This document shows, in pieces, positions 1 to 10,800 of a DNA stretch of 60,571 nucleotides. The translations under genes and the position numbers were made by a program. Location of the stretch: contig JALJEE010002723.1 of the NCBI GenBank assembly GCA_023231475.1, positions 1 to 60,571 of the forward strand, given 5' to 3'. The stretch's first letter is position 1; every line of letters begins with the position of its first letter. The notes under the pieces were generated by a model. The model did no database searches. It saw nothing but the letters and a program-made list of their open reading frames with translations, and was not told the DNA's origin. Source of the stretch: Seison nebaliae. Taxonomy: Eukaryota.

Positions 1-11
1 AACTCTTCACA

Positions 12-1040
12 TTAATGAAAGGATGGAAATGCGAATAGTGAATTACTGATATTGGTAATAAGTGCGCAATACCTCGATATTATCAACAGTGGAAAAGGTG
101 GTAACTCTAAGATCGTAAACATGAACGCTCTATTGAAGGGACGTGTACATCCTAGTAGAATTCGTATACAATGATTATATGTCCTGTCCAATGATAACAT
201 ATATTTTAAGAAAACGATGAGGGAACACTGAATACCTTAGAAATCAGTGGATAATGTTCTGAATTACTTTAATCTTAATTTAATTGATAGAAATTTGCAT
301 TTATGGTTCAATGAATCTTTGAAATTTCGAACGAATCTTTTCGATAAAACTAGACGTCGTCTAACGGTTATCCATTTGACAACCTAGAAAAATGATTTTC
401 CTGCTACTTAAATTACGAAATTCCAGATATTTGTTTGAAAATTATATATTACACAAAATTTTTGATTTCGTATCATTACATTTAATTCTGCAATTACTTA
501 ATTGAATGATAATCTCGTTTTTTAATTCAGTTAGTTGATGTGGATTGTTTATGGGCAAAACAATATCATCTGCATGCGCATAAACTGTTGAATAACTGAG
601 ATTTCTTACGTTGGTATACGGTGATTTCGCCACCCTATTTCATCAATTTTGAACAGTTCGCCACCTTACGTGTGTATTTTCGGTGATTTCGCCACCCTTC
701 TATGTAAATCTGTCTTTTCTTTTTCAAAGAATGGACACTTTGCAACCTTGCCTGTGTATTTTCAGTGATTTCGGTACCCTTCTATGTAAATCTGTCTTTT
801 TCAAGTAATGGACACTTTGCCATCCTTCATGTAAAAAAAGAATGCTATTTCGGTGATTTCGCCACCCTTGTAAAACAAAGTTTGAAAAAAGAAGGATAAA
901 TGAAAGAATATGGCAGGGGAAAAGATGGGTTACGTTTTAGGGAAACCTGAATCACTGGCCTGAATACAGAGAACCAACAATGTATCAGAGAGGAAATAAT
1001 CATCGTTTTGCCAGAACATTTGGATACGTGGAATCTCTGC
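12..1040 (-). mobile_element. Degenerate non-LTR retrotransposon (LINE) reverse-transcriptase remnant, interrupted by a repeat insertion
   Basis: Minus-strand fragments in RT order: VYAHADDIVL (YADD-like motif, ORF 442..633), then ..IKCNDTKSKIL.., then KYLE (KYLG-like, ~425-435), then a post-RT-like RTYNHCIRILLGC...LELPP (ORF 12..200). Multiple stops and frameshifts; boundaries approximate. Confidence 0.55.
613..929. repeat. Tandem-repeat insert (core CGGTGATTTCGCCACCCT, two ~85-90 bp units plus partial copies) flanked by 7-bp direct repeat TTACGTT
   Basis: Core at ~619, ~681, ~762 (variant) and ~851. TTACGTT at 606-612 and 930-936. Confidence 0.7.
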
Positions 1041-2226
1041 AGAGACTCAATGGAATTTTTTTTTTCCTGCAACTCTTGCAGAAGGACGACTCCTTTCTTG
1101 ATACTTCTTGAGATCAACTCCATATATGTCGAGTTAATATGGAGCCACATCTTACAAGAGTTGTTATTTAGGTATTGTTAGTTGACAGCGAATACAGAGG
1201 TACAAAAGTTATCGACTAAGAAAGATTCAAGACATATTGAACGGTTAAAAAGATAATCAATAGATTATTTAGTTCCGATTAACAACTTCGACAAAGTTTG
1301 AGTAAAAAAGAAGAGCCATCACGAGAAATCCCACATCAACCAACCGTCACACAGATATGGAACGAATAAATAAACAGATCCAGCAAGGACATAGTGGTTT
1401 GAATGAGATAATGGAATTAATTGACGATGACGTCACCATGATGAAAGTACAATTCATCCGAAAGCATACATTATGCAGCATATCCAGGATCCATTTCTTG
1501 TTTGACGGACGAGTTGCTCTCGGTGAATTTCTGACCATCAACATCATCATTGTCCGCTTGGAAGCTCCTCCACATAAGAAGAATTATTAAACGATTGAAT
1601 AATGTTTTCAGCCATCTCAAAATAATCTTTTGAGTTTATGTTCATGCGAAAGAAATCAATTTATTATTAAATACTCAATGTATACCCAATTTTTTGGTAT
1701 TTTCATGAATACTACATAAATAATGCGCCATATCCACCGTGGTTATGGACAATTGAGGGAATTCTCAGAATGAATAATTTACTAGAAGGAACTTTTAAAA
1801 TTCTTAATTCCTCATTATTATTCTACGAAAACACAGAAGTTTCCGATACAAAAATACAGTTTAAGTTAGTAAGGCGTTCGAAAAATACAACATAAAAAAG
1901 AAAAAAATCAAAGAATTGACTACGTAGTTTTTTCCTGTTCCTTCGTCCAACAGCTTCCACCTAAAATCAATTAACGATATATTTAATTCAAAAATTGCTT
2001 AATATGTAAGTACAAAGCTTTAAATATGAGTTAATAAGTAATTCGAAATAAGTTTGAAATATTTTAAATTAACTGAAAATTTTGTTTAGAAGACATAAGG
2101 GATGTATTTTTAATAATCTATGAAATTTCCCAGACATCCAGATGAGAAAGAGAATAACAAAACATAATTTTTTTGGTCAGTGAAATTTAACGAAATAATT
2201 TGGAAAAAATATTGTTAAATCAATAG

Positions 2227-4035
2227 ATCGTGACGATGCAAAGATTAGATTTATCCAATTGTGAGAATGGTCGTATTCGTTGTTATGACAATCGAGGAGA
2301 CAGTATTCTTTGTAAATGTCGTGAATTTTGTTATATGGATATTAGAAGAGCGGACAATAAATTGTCTTTCGAATATAATCGTGGATGTACGGTTGCATCG
2401 AATGAGATTGAAAAGGATTTAATGGATAGAATTTTATGTTCTAACATTCTTTCGGTGAACACTCAACGCTATGCGAAATGTTGTAATACATCGTTATGTA
2501 ATGGAAAGGAAGGATTAGAACAATTGAGAATTGAATCGAAATTCACTTTGTTGAACGAGGATGAAAATTCGATAAATTGGTATGAAATATTCGGATATGT
2601 TTCCATTGGGATTCCTTTCATTATTTTCCTTGTACTTTTCTATCGTTTCTTCTCTAAATCATCAACACTCTTCAATCGAATACTCAAAATAAATGGTTCC
2701 AATTCTCCAGCGATCGGGTCAGAAGAAAAACCATTGAAATTGAACGAAGATGACACAATTTCTACTTCAACGAAAGAACAAAATATTTCATATCCTTGGG
2801 AAGATCGAGCTTTGGGCACTTCCTGCAACCACAAAATGGACAATCACAATTTTGCAATGGATATGACCTCTGGGTCGGGTTCCGGTCAAGCACGACTAAC
2901 AGCGAGAACGATAGCTCATGATATCGTTCTCGATGAGAAAATAGGACAAGGTCGTTTTGGAACGGTTTATAAAGGAACTCGACATGGCGAAGAAGTGGCA
3001 GTGAAAATATTCTCATCGATTAGTAAGGCATCGTTTGAACAAGAAGCATTTCATTTGAGAATTCCTCAAATTTATCATCCCAATGTTTTGAGATTAATTG
3101 CAACCGATTCATTCGATACAAATACAAATATAGAATTTTGGATTGTCACCGAATTCCATTCATTGGGATCACTTCACGATTATATTAACTCAGTCGATCT
3201 CAATTTAACGACAGCATTCGAACTATTAAGAACAGCGGCCGATGGTCTTGCTCATCTTCATCGTCGCATTTGTGGTTTCGGACCAAATAAATTATATAGT
3301 AATGGAAGTTGGAGTAAACCAGCCATTGCTCATCGTGACATCAAAAGTCAGAACATTCTCGTCAAAAGTGATCTAACATGTTGTATTGGTGATTTGGGGA
3401 TGTGTGTGGCGGAGATTGACAATTTGGGAAATATTGAACCGAACATTCAGATTTATAGTGGAACACGTCGTTATATGGCTCCTGAAATCCTTCAACATAT
3501 GGCAAAACATCATATCGGAGCGTTGATGGCAGCTGATGTTTATTCATTCGCATTAGTAATGTGGGAACTGATGAATAGTTGTGTCATTCCAAATGAACAA
3601 TTTTCAATCGATTCGAATGAAATGGTAGAGAGTGAAGAGACCGGTATTGGGAAATCATTGATTCCTAACAATAACCATTTAAATATTGTAAGTGTAAATA
3701 GTGAAAATTCAAGATTACCATATGCCGATCACGTTGGCAACGATCCATCAACAGAAGAAATGATCAAATGTGTATGTGCGAACGAACGACCGAAACTAAG
3801 AAATTGCAACATCCCAAATGTAAGATTAATCAATGAAACTATTCGTGAATCATGGATTACGGATCCAAATAGCCGAATCTCATCTCAAAGAATTGCTAAA
3901 AGTCTCAATTTTTATAAGAAATCCAAATTAAATGGGAAATTACCGACGGAAAATTCTTTAAAACATTATTTCAACGACGATTTTCACGTAGAATGTCCAA
4001 ATAAGTCTTCTGTAGATTCATTGGAGAAAGTTTAA
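2227..4035 (+). CDS. TGF-beta/activin/BMP family type I receptor Ser/Thr kinase (5' signal-peptide exon not located)
   Basis: Cys-rich ectodomain with CCNTSLCN box, TM segment (IFGYVSIGIPFIIFLVLFY), GS box DMTSGSGSG, kinase motifs GQGRFG, VAVK, HRDIKSQN, DLG, GTRRYMAPE. The ORF opens right after an AATAG acceptor at 2226. Confidence 0.93.
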   Translation: MVTMQRLDLSNCENGRIRCYDNRGDSILCKCREFCYMDIRRADNKLSFEYNRGCTVASNEIEKDLMDRILCSNILSVNTQRYAKCCNTSLCNGKEGLEQLRIESKFTLLNEDENSINWYEIFGYVSIGIPFIIFLVLFYRFFSKSSTLFNRILKINGSNSPAIGSEEKPLKLNEDDTISTSTKEQNISYPWEDRALGTSCNHKMDNHNFAMDMTSGSGSGQARLTARTIAHDIVLDEKIGQGRFGTVYKGTRHGEEVAVKIFSSISKASFEQEAFHLRIPQIYHPNVLRLIATDSFDTNTNIEFWIVTEFHSLGSLHDYINSVDLNLTTAFELLRTAADGLAHLHRRICGFGPNKLYSNGSWSKPAIAHRDIKSQNILVKSDLTCCIGDLGMCVAEIDNLGNIEPNIQIYSGTRRYMAPEILQHMAKHHIGALMAADVYSFALVMWELMNSCVIPNEQFSIDSNEMVESEETGIGKSLIPNNNHLNIVSVNSENSRLPYADHVGNDPSTEEMIKCVCANERPKLRNCNIPNVRLINETIRESWITDPNSRISSQRIAKSLNFYKKSKLNGKLPTENSLKHYFNDDFHVECPNKSSVDSLEKV

Positions 4036-4375
4036 TTTATTTTGTCTTATTCATTCTTATTTCATTCTTATGTAATCTTCTTTTCGTTTTCTATTCTTCA
4101 TTCTTCTTGTGTGGAACACTTTAATCTTATTTTACTTGTGACAAAATAAAATTATTTATAAAATCTAAAAAAACAATTAACAAAGTTTTATTTTCTCAAA
4201 AAAAAAAGTGAAAAAAGAAACAAAAATTTCACAGTTGAATTATAATTGAATAAGTTTCATTCAATCGATTCGTTTGACTAACATAAATATTGTTCGCCCA
4301 ATTTTTATGAAGGGAATTAATGTCGAGAACTGTCATTATATTTTAAGACTTATAAATAATATTTAGAAGAAACGA

Positions 4376-4721
4376 ATGATGATATCTACACGAAACTTTT
4401 ACCTATTTGCTTTATGTCTCCTATTATTCAATTTATTTGTTCCAAGTCAAGCAAGATATCTTTCAGAATCAGATAATGATTTAGCACTTACTCAAGTTCT
4501 TCTATTTTATACATTCCCATCTAGTCTCTCGAACATTAATTGAACAGAAAGATAAAAGATTCTTCAACGAGGGATTCTTTAAGAACATCGCTAAATCAGC
4601 AATTGCGAATGCAATCGTTTCGAAACTGATGGGTGGCAGTGCGAGAAGAGGAGCTAAGCATGGAGCAATGATGTCAGGTGTATGGCAAGGAGTAAGTAAA
4701 GTTCTGGGAAAGAAAAAATAA
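4376..4721 (+). CDS. Secreted cationic amphipathic peptide precursor 1 (antimicrobial-peptide-like), 97 aa, 2 exons (4376-4495, 4548-4721)
   Basis: Manual translation MMISTRNFYLFALCLLLFNLFVPSQA-RYLSESDNDLALTQ|KDKR-FFNEGFFKNIAKSAIANAIVSKLMGGSARRGAKHGAMMSGVWQGVSKVLGKKK*. Signal peptide, acidic propiece, KR site; phase-0 intron GTTCTT..AACAG (52 nt); paralog next door. Confidence 0.85.
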
Positions 4722-5028
4722 TTTGATAGAAATGATGAATAAAAATCTTCCATTGCTTGTTCTTGTCAATCAATTGATGTCCTTAGTTTTAACTATCAAT
4801 AAAACTTTTATGTTCCTCATTGTCGATTAACTGTTGACTCTTACTCCTTCATGTATTAATTTTACGAGTAACAATGAAAATAATGATATATCGAACTTCC
4901 AGTAAACGAAATTTATATGTTACAAATAGAAATAATTTCATTCGATTAAACGTTAACATAAATAATTATTTCTATTTCATATTCTTCAAATATTCCCATA
5001 TTGTAACTTCACTTGTCCAATAACGAAA

Positions 5029-5420
5029 ATGTTACGGAAATCGGTTTGTTCATTTCTTCTCATATTATTGATTATGGAATTACAAATTCCACTGATCAAA
5101 GCAAGGTATTTGGATTTCGAAGCAGAAGATTTATTTGATGAAGTTCGTTTTATGGAAATCTTCTTCTAATCGATTTTCAAATTGAAACATGTTCAATGTT
5201 ATTTTAAAACTATTTTTAGCCATTGGAAAAACGATTCATTTTCGGCAGTCGAAGCGGAGGTGGTGGTGGGGGAACTTTAAAAAATATGGCGATATCGGCA
5301 GCAGCTAGTGCAATTTTATCAAAATTGATGGGTGGTAGCGCTGGTTCTGGTGCGAAGGCTGGAGCATTGACATCTGGTGTGATGAGTGGAATAAGGAAAT
5401 TAATTGGAAAGAAAAAATAA
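5029..5420 (+). CDS. Secreted cationic Gly/Ala-rich peptide precursor 2 (paralog of precursor 1), 104 aa, 2 exons (5029-5142, 5220-5420)
   Basis: MLRKSVCSFLLILLIMELQIPLIKA-RYLDFEAEDLFDE|PLEKR-FIFGSRSGGGGGGTLKNMAISAAASAILSKLMGGSAGSGAKAGALTSGVMSGIRKLIGKKK*. Same architecture and intron position as the paralog; intron GTTCGT..TTTAG (77 nt). Confidence 0.85.
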
Positions 5421-5941
5421 AAGTTCACAATCTTACCAAGTCAACAATTTTGATAAACATTTTTTAATCTAATTATTTGTAGTTTTTTAGCAGTTTGGAT
5501 AATATTATTTTTTAATCTTATTATTTATAATAAATACAAAACACTTTCAAAAGATTTATTTTTCATGAAGCTTCTAATATTATATTTTTCATATAACTTT
5601 TATTAATAATGAAATTTTCTTATTATGTCTAATGAGAATGTTAAATGAGCTATTTGATAAAATGTGGAGAATAAGAGAATTAGAAACCATAGGGAGAATA
5701 AAAGACAATGATAGAAATTTAAAAAAAACTTTCACAAGAATTTCTTATTTCGTAACAGGTCAATTCATTAGAGTAATTATCGTGTATATTTCAATCAGGA
5801 AGATAAATGAATGAATGAGAGAACTGGATGTATTGGCTTACTGTTAAATAAGTCGATAAATAAAGTGAGATTTAACGTGTTCACAAGTTGCTATAAATTC
5901 ATAACAAACGAACTCTGAAAAAAGAAGAAACGGTAAAAAAT

Positions 5942-7138
5942 ATGTCGAAGAAATCGGATAAGAAAGAACAAGTTGCAATTAAACCGTTGTTGGGTCGAGT
6001 GACGACTAATGTCAAAATGGGAATTGTCGGACTGCCGAATGTTGGCAAGTCGACATTCTTCAATGTCTTGACCAAATCACAAGCAGACGCTGCTAATTAT
6101 CCGTTTTGTACGATTGATCCGAATGAAGCACGTGTGGCAATTCCAGATAGTCGATTTGATGATTTATGTCAAAAATATAAACCAGACAAACGAATTCCAT
6201 CATTTTTATCTGTGGTAGATATTGCAGGTTTGGTAAAAGGTGCTCACGAAGGTGAAGGATTAGGAAATGCTTTTCTCTCTCATATTCGTGCTTGTGATGG
6301 CATTTTCCATATGGTTCGAATATTCGATAGTGAAGAGATTACTCATTATTATGAGACAGTTGATCCCATTCGAGATATAGAAATCATTCGTGAAGAATTG
6401 AGATTGAAAGATTTGGAAATGTGCAAGAGAGCATTGGAAGATGCAGAGAAGAAGGCGTATCGTGCCACTGACAAACGATTGAAAGATGAATTGATTATTG
6501 TTCAAAAATTTTATGATCAATTACAAAAGGGATGGATTTGGAATGGTGTGTGGAATGATCGGGAAATCGAATTACTCAACAAACATCTATTCATCACAAG
6601 TAAACCATCAGTTTATCTTCTCAATATGTCAGAACGAGATTATCTCCGTCAACGAAATTCGAATCTTCCCAAAATTAAAGAATGGATCGATAAAAATGAT
6701 GTACGAGCTCCTATCATTCCATTCAGTGCCGAATATGAAATGAATGTAATGAATCAGCCCATTCCTCCTAATCCAACACCATCGGGTGATAATGAAAAGA
6801 AAGATAAATCAGTCTTGAAACGAATTATTCTGAGTGGACAGAAAGCACTTCGACTCATCTACTTTTTCACGGTGGGAAAAGACGAAGTGAAATGTTGGAA
6901 TATTCGTGAAGGTACAAAAGCTCCACAGGCAGCTGGACGAATTCATTCAGATTTCGAACGGGGATTCATCATGGCCGAAGTGATGACATATGAAGCGTTG
7001 AAACGATGTGGAAATGAAGTGGCCGTAAAAGCGGAAGGTGCTTATCGACAACAAGGCAAATTATATGTCGTTCAAGATGGTGATATTATTCTCTTCAAAT
7101 TTAATGCCGGTGCCGGTTTATCCGGTGGGAAGAAGTGA
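5942..7138 (+). CDS. OLA1: Obg-like ATPase 1 (YchF family), single exon, 398 aa
   Basis: [16 protein letters not shown]-loop, [33 protein letters not shown]-terminal TGS domain ending [14 protein letters not shown]. Confidence 0.97.
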   Translation: MSKKSDKKEQVAIKPLLGRVTTNVKMGIVGLPNVGKSTFFNVLTKSQADAANYPFCTIDPNEARVAIPDSRFDDLCQKYKPDKRIPSFLSVVDIAGLVKGAHEGEGLGNAFLSHIRACDGIFHMVRIFDSEEITHYYETVDPIRDIEIIREELRLKDLEMCKRALEDAEKKAYRATDKRLKDELIIVQKFYDQLQKGWIWNGVWNDREIELLNKHLFITSKPSVYLLNMSERDYLRQRNSNLPKIKEWIDKNDVRAPIIPFSAEYEMNVMNQPIPPNPTPSGDNEKKDKSVLKRIILSGQKALRLIYFFTVGKDEVKCWNIREGTKAPQAAGRIHSDFERGFIMAEVMTYEALKRCGNEVAVKAEGAYRQQGKLYVVQDGDIILFKFNAGAGLSGGKK

Positions 7139-7855
7139 AAAAATCCATTGGAAAATTTAAATTTTATTTTATATGAAAATTTTTTTTCAAGTTAATTATC
7201 ATTGATGGAATTGATATTTTCCTTTGAAAATAAAAATAATTAAATAATCTTCCCATTCACCACTACATATAATAATCGTTGTTGTTGTTGTTGTTTGTTG
7301 AAGTTCTGGTGTATGAATGATTCTGATGATAATGATGATAATGATGATGATGGTGGTGAGATGAGAAGAATTATCCTTCGACGTACCTCATCGTTCTGTA
7401 CTTATCGATAATAAGGAGAGGGCGCCTGTTGGATAATAAGAGAGAAAGAAAAAAAAATGAGTGAAATGATAACACATCGTTAGATGGTTGACATGTTAAT
7501 GTGATGAATGAGGATGCGGATGAAATGGTCATAAAATGGTCAACGAATGACTGTCAATGAGATTATATTGACCAGGAAAAAAGAGGAAAGTTAAATAAAT
7601 GGAGATGATTATGAGAGAAGAGACGAATGGAAAGATATATCGTTGGATAGGGAATGGGAAGGATGATATTTCATTTATTTTTCTTTCGATGAATAGAGAA
7701 ATGAATATGTCTTATCTTCCATATACACTCTTTCCATCGACCAATCCAAATGATAATAAAATAAGAAAAAAAAAGGAAATAAATATAAGTCAAATTCTTT
7801 TTTTTTTTAGGATACTCATTTAATGATCTATCTCCATGGAACGGTATAACATTGA

Positions 7856-10800
7856 TCAATCTATCGAACTCTTTACCGGTCGATTATTAGTATTATCGTT
7901 AGAATGCTCATCATTTGTGGTTTTGAGCTGACTCAGCTCGTTTTCTCTTTGACGTCTTCTGGAACCGTTAAATACTTGTAAGAAGTAACCTACAATATCA
8001 TTCTTGAGAATATAGGGATCACTCATAAATTTATCAGCTCTCATTTTCTGTTGTCGTTTCTCTTCTTCACGTTCTTCTTCACTCATATGATTGGGTGTTA
8101 TCGCTTGAATATTTTCCAATGATAACTTTTCTCCATTGATCAATTTATCAAATATTTCATAAATGTCTTTCATTTTCCTATTTGTACTTTCATCATTATT
8201 TCGATGATGTGCCAATTTCAATCGTTTTTCTGGTAATTCTAATGGAAAATAAACATCAGAATTTAAGATCTCTGTCATCTCTTTATAACATAATGTATCA
8301 CAATAATGTTTCATGTCCGTTTGTGCTTTATGACGACGACGTTGACAACGTTCTCCTTTAAATGGACGTTGTTGTGAATGAAGTTTTTGGCTTGTCGATG
8401 ATCCTTCTGGTGAGAAATTTGAACAACTGAAAACTTTTCTGGCAAGAGCGACATATCGGAATAACGGTTTTGGATTGATAAGAATGTTGAAAATCGTTTT
8501 ATCAATGATACCTTCATGAATATCCTTCTCTCCAAAAACATTAAAAAGATAAATTGTTAATCGAGAAATATCTCGAATTGAAATAGAGAACGAATGATTA
8601 ATAAGACAATTTGGTTCAATACCATCAACTTCACTGATACGGAATCCATGAGTACGAAGAAGATCAATTAGACTGAACAGTGTTCGAATGATTAGTGGAG
8701 AAAATTTTTGGAAGAGAATTTTCATTCTCATCGTAAAATGACTCTTACTACACACTTCATCCCAAAGACGTTCACTGTCATATAAAAGTTTCTTCTCATT
8801 CATTTCAATCGGATGTTCCTTATACCAAAATCTTATTGATTCTAAACGTTCATCTAACGATTGAGGAAAGAGTGAACGAGAATTTTTCGCGAATTTCGAA
8901 TCTTCAAAAAGCGATAATTTCGCTTTTCTCGAAATTAATTCTGGTTGTTCGTCATAAATATTCCTTTTACGTCGATAAGCTGAATAAGTTCGCCACATCA
9001 ATTTGTAATAAGTTGAAATATGATTTCTTTTCGTTCCAATTAGAGCTAAATCATCTTTCGTCATACCATAATCTGGTAATTTTCTATATGTCTTCCTCAC
9101 CGGAGAGAAGAAAGCGAATGATGATGAAGAAGAAGATGAAGAAGAAGAAGATGATGATGATGATGATGACGAGGATGAGAGTGAAGATGGTATAGATGGA
9201 ATAATTCTGGTTGATGTTCGATTTGATGCATTGATTTTCGATGTCAATGTGGAATATGGTGAACGAAAGGATTTATGTGAATTGAGATCAGACACCGATT
9301 TTGAACGGCGGCGGATACCAAACTTTTGAACGTTCGATAGAAGATAATCAGTATCCAATAATCGATATTGAAAATAAAGAAATGTTGCTAAGGAACAGAA
9401 GTTGCCTGAAAGTTTTAATTGTTCGATAGATTTGGAGGATAATCGTCGAGGTACTGACATTAATCCTCGAAATATTCGATAACTTTTATATTGAGAAACA
9501 TTTGAGAGATATTTCTCCATTGACAAATTGGAGAAGATGATTGATTCTTCTTTAGAGAAATCTTCTTTCGATATTCCATTACAATGAAGATATCGTTGAA
9601 ATATTTGATCTAAAGAGTTGCCTTCGAATTTAATGATTTCATTAACCATCTTCTGACGATAAGTTTTCGATGTTTCATTCGTATTCATCATTGGATCATC
9701 GCCATCAAATATTACTTTCCTAAATGGATTCGGATATTCATTCATCTTCACATCACAATCGAATGACCTTCTATTAAACGGTAACCAATGAACACTATGT
9801 GGCCATGGTTTCAATGAGAATAAATTGAATGCTGGTGAAAGACTAACGTTGTTGGGTATAGTGGAACTGTTCTCTAGTTCCTCAAAAATTAATCCTTTCT
9901 CTTTATCGTATGTGACTTTTGTATAATATTTATGATTATGATCTGGAGGTAAAATGACAAAATTGTCATGAAATGATCTGTTCATAATCGACAAATTATT
10001 ACTATCATTATTGTTGTTGTTGTTATTGTTATGTTCGATGTTATCATTCTTCATTATTAAATCATCATTTTCTTGAGAATTATAATTACTATTATTCTCA
10101 TTATTGTTAGATGAATTATTATTTGATATTCCATTTTTTTCTTTCTTCATACCATCTAAATGATTCTCATCATCACTATCATGATATCTCTTATTTTCAT
10201 CAGGTTGATCGCTATCATCATCTTGATCCATCATATCGTCGAATTCTTTCATTTCTTCATCAATCTGATCATTCTCCACGTCGGGTTGAAGGAAATCCCA
10301 AATTAGAATGTTGTCGTCATGAGAAGACGATACGATTTGGAAATCATCGAATTGTAATCGGAATACTCGTCCACTATGTTTCACAAGAGTTTGAACACAA
10401 ATATCTTCATTAGGCACTTTGGGATTGAGAGCTTTCTGCAAATCCCACACTTTAATCTTTCCATCATATGCTCCCGAAATTATTCGTTTACCATTAAATC
10501 GGATACATCTCACCAAATCATCATGACCATCTAATACTCGTAAGCAAGTGGCTAATTCCACATTCCATAAGCGAATAGTATTGTCCGATGATCCACTCAC
10601 CACCAATCGATTTCGATATTGAAGACAAGCGATACCACGTTTATGTCCTAACAACGTTCGTACATAAGTACATGTGGGTGTGGACCAAACACGAATATGT
10701 CGATCGCCACTTGCTGATACAATATAATCCTCATCAAAATCAACCACATTAACAGCAGCACGATGACCAGTTAATGTTCCCGCTAACACAACTTCCAATG

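Noticed and set aside
1150..1600. Coding or transposon origin of ORFs 1347..1550 and 1357..1590
   Set aside because: Coding-like composition but no recognisable motif in any frame; cannot be supported.
4502..4753. Minus-strand ORFs 4502..4753 and 5216..5428
   Set aside because: Antisense shadows of the two plus-strand peptide precursor genes.
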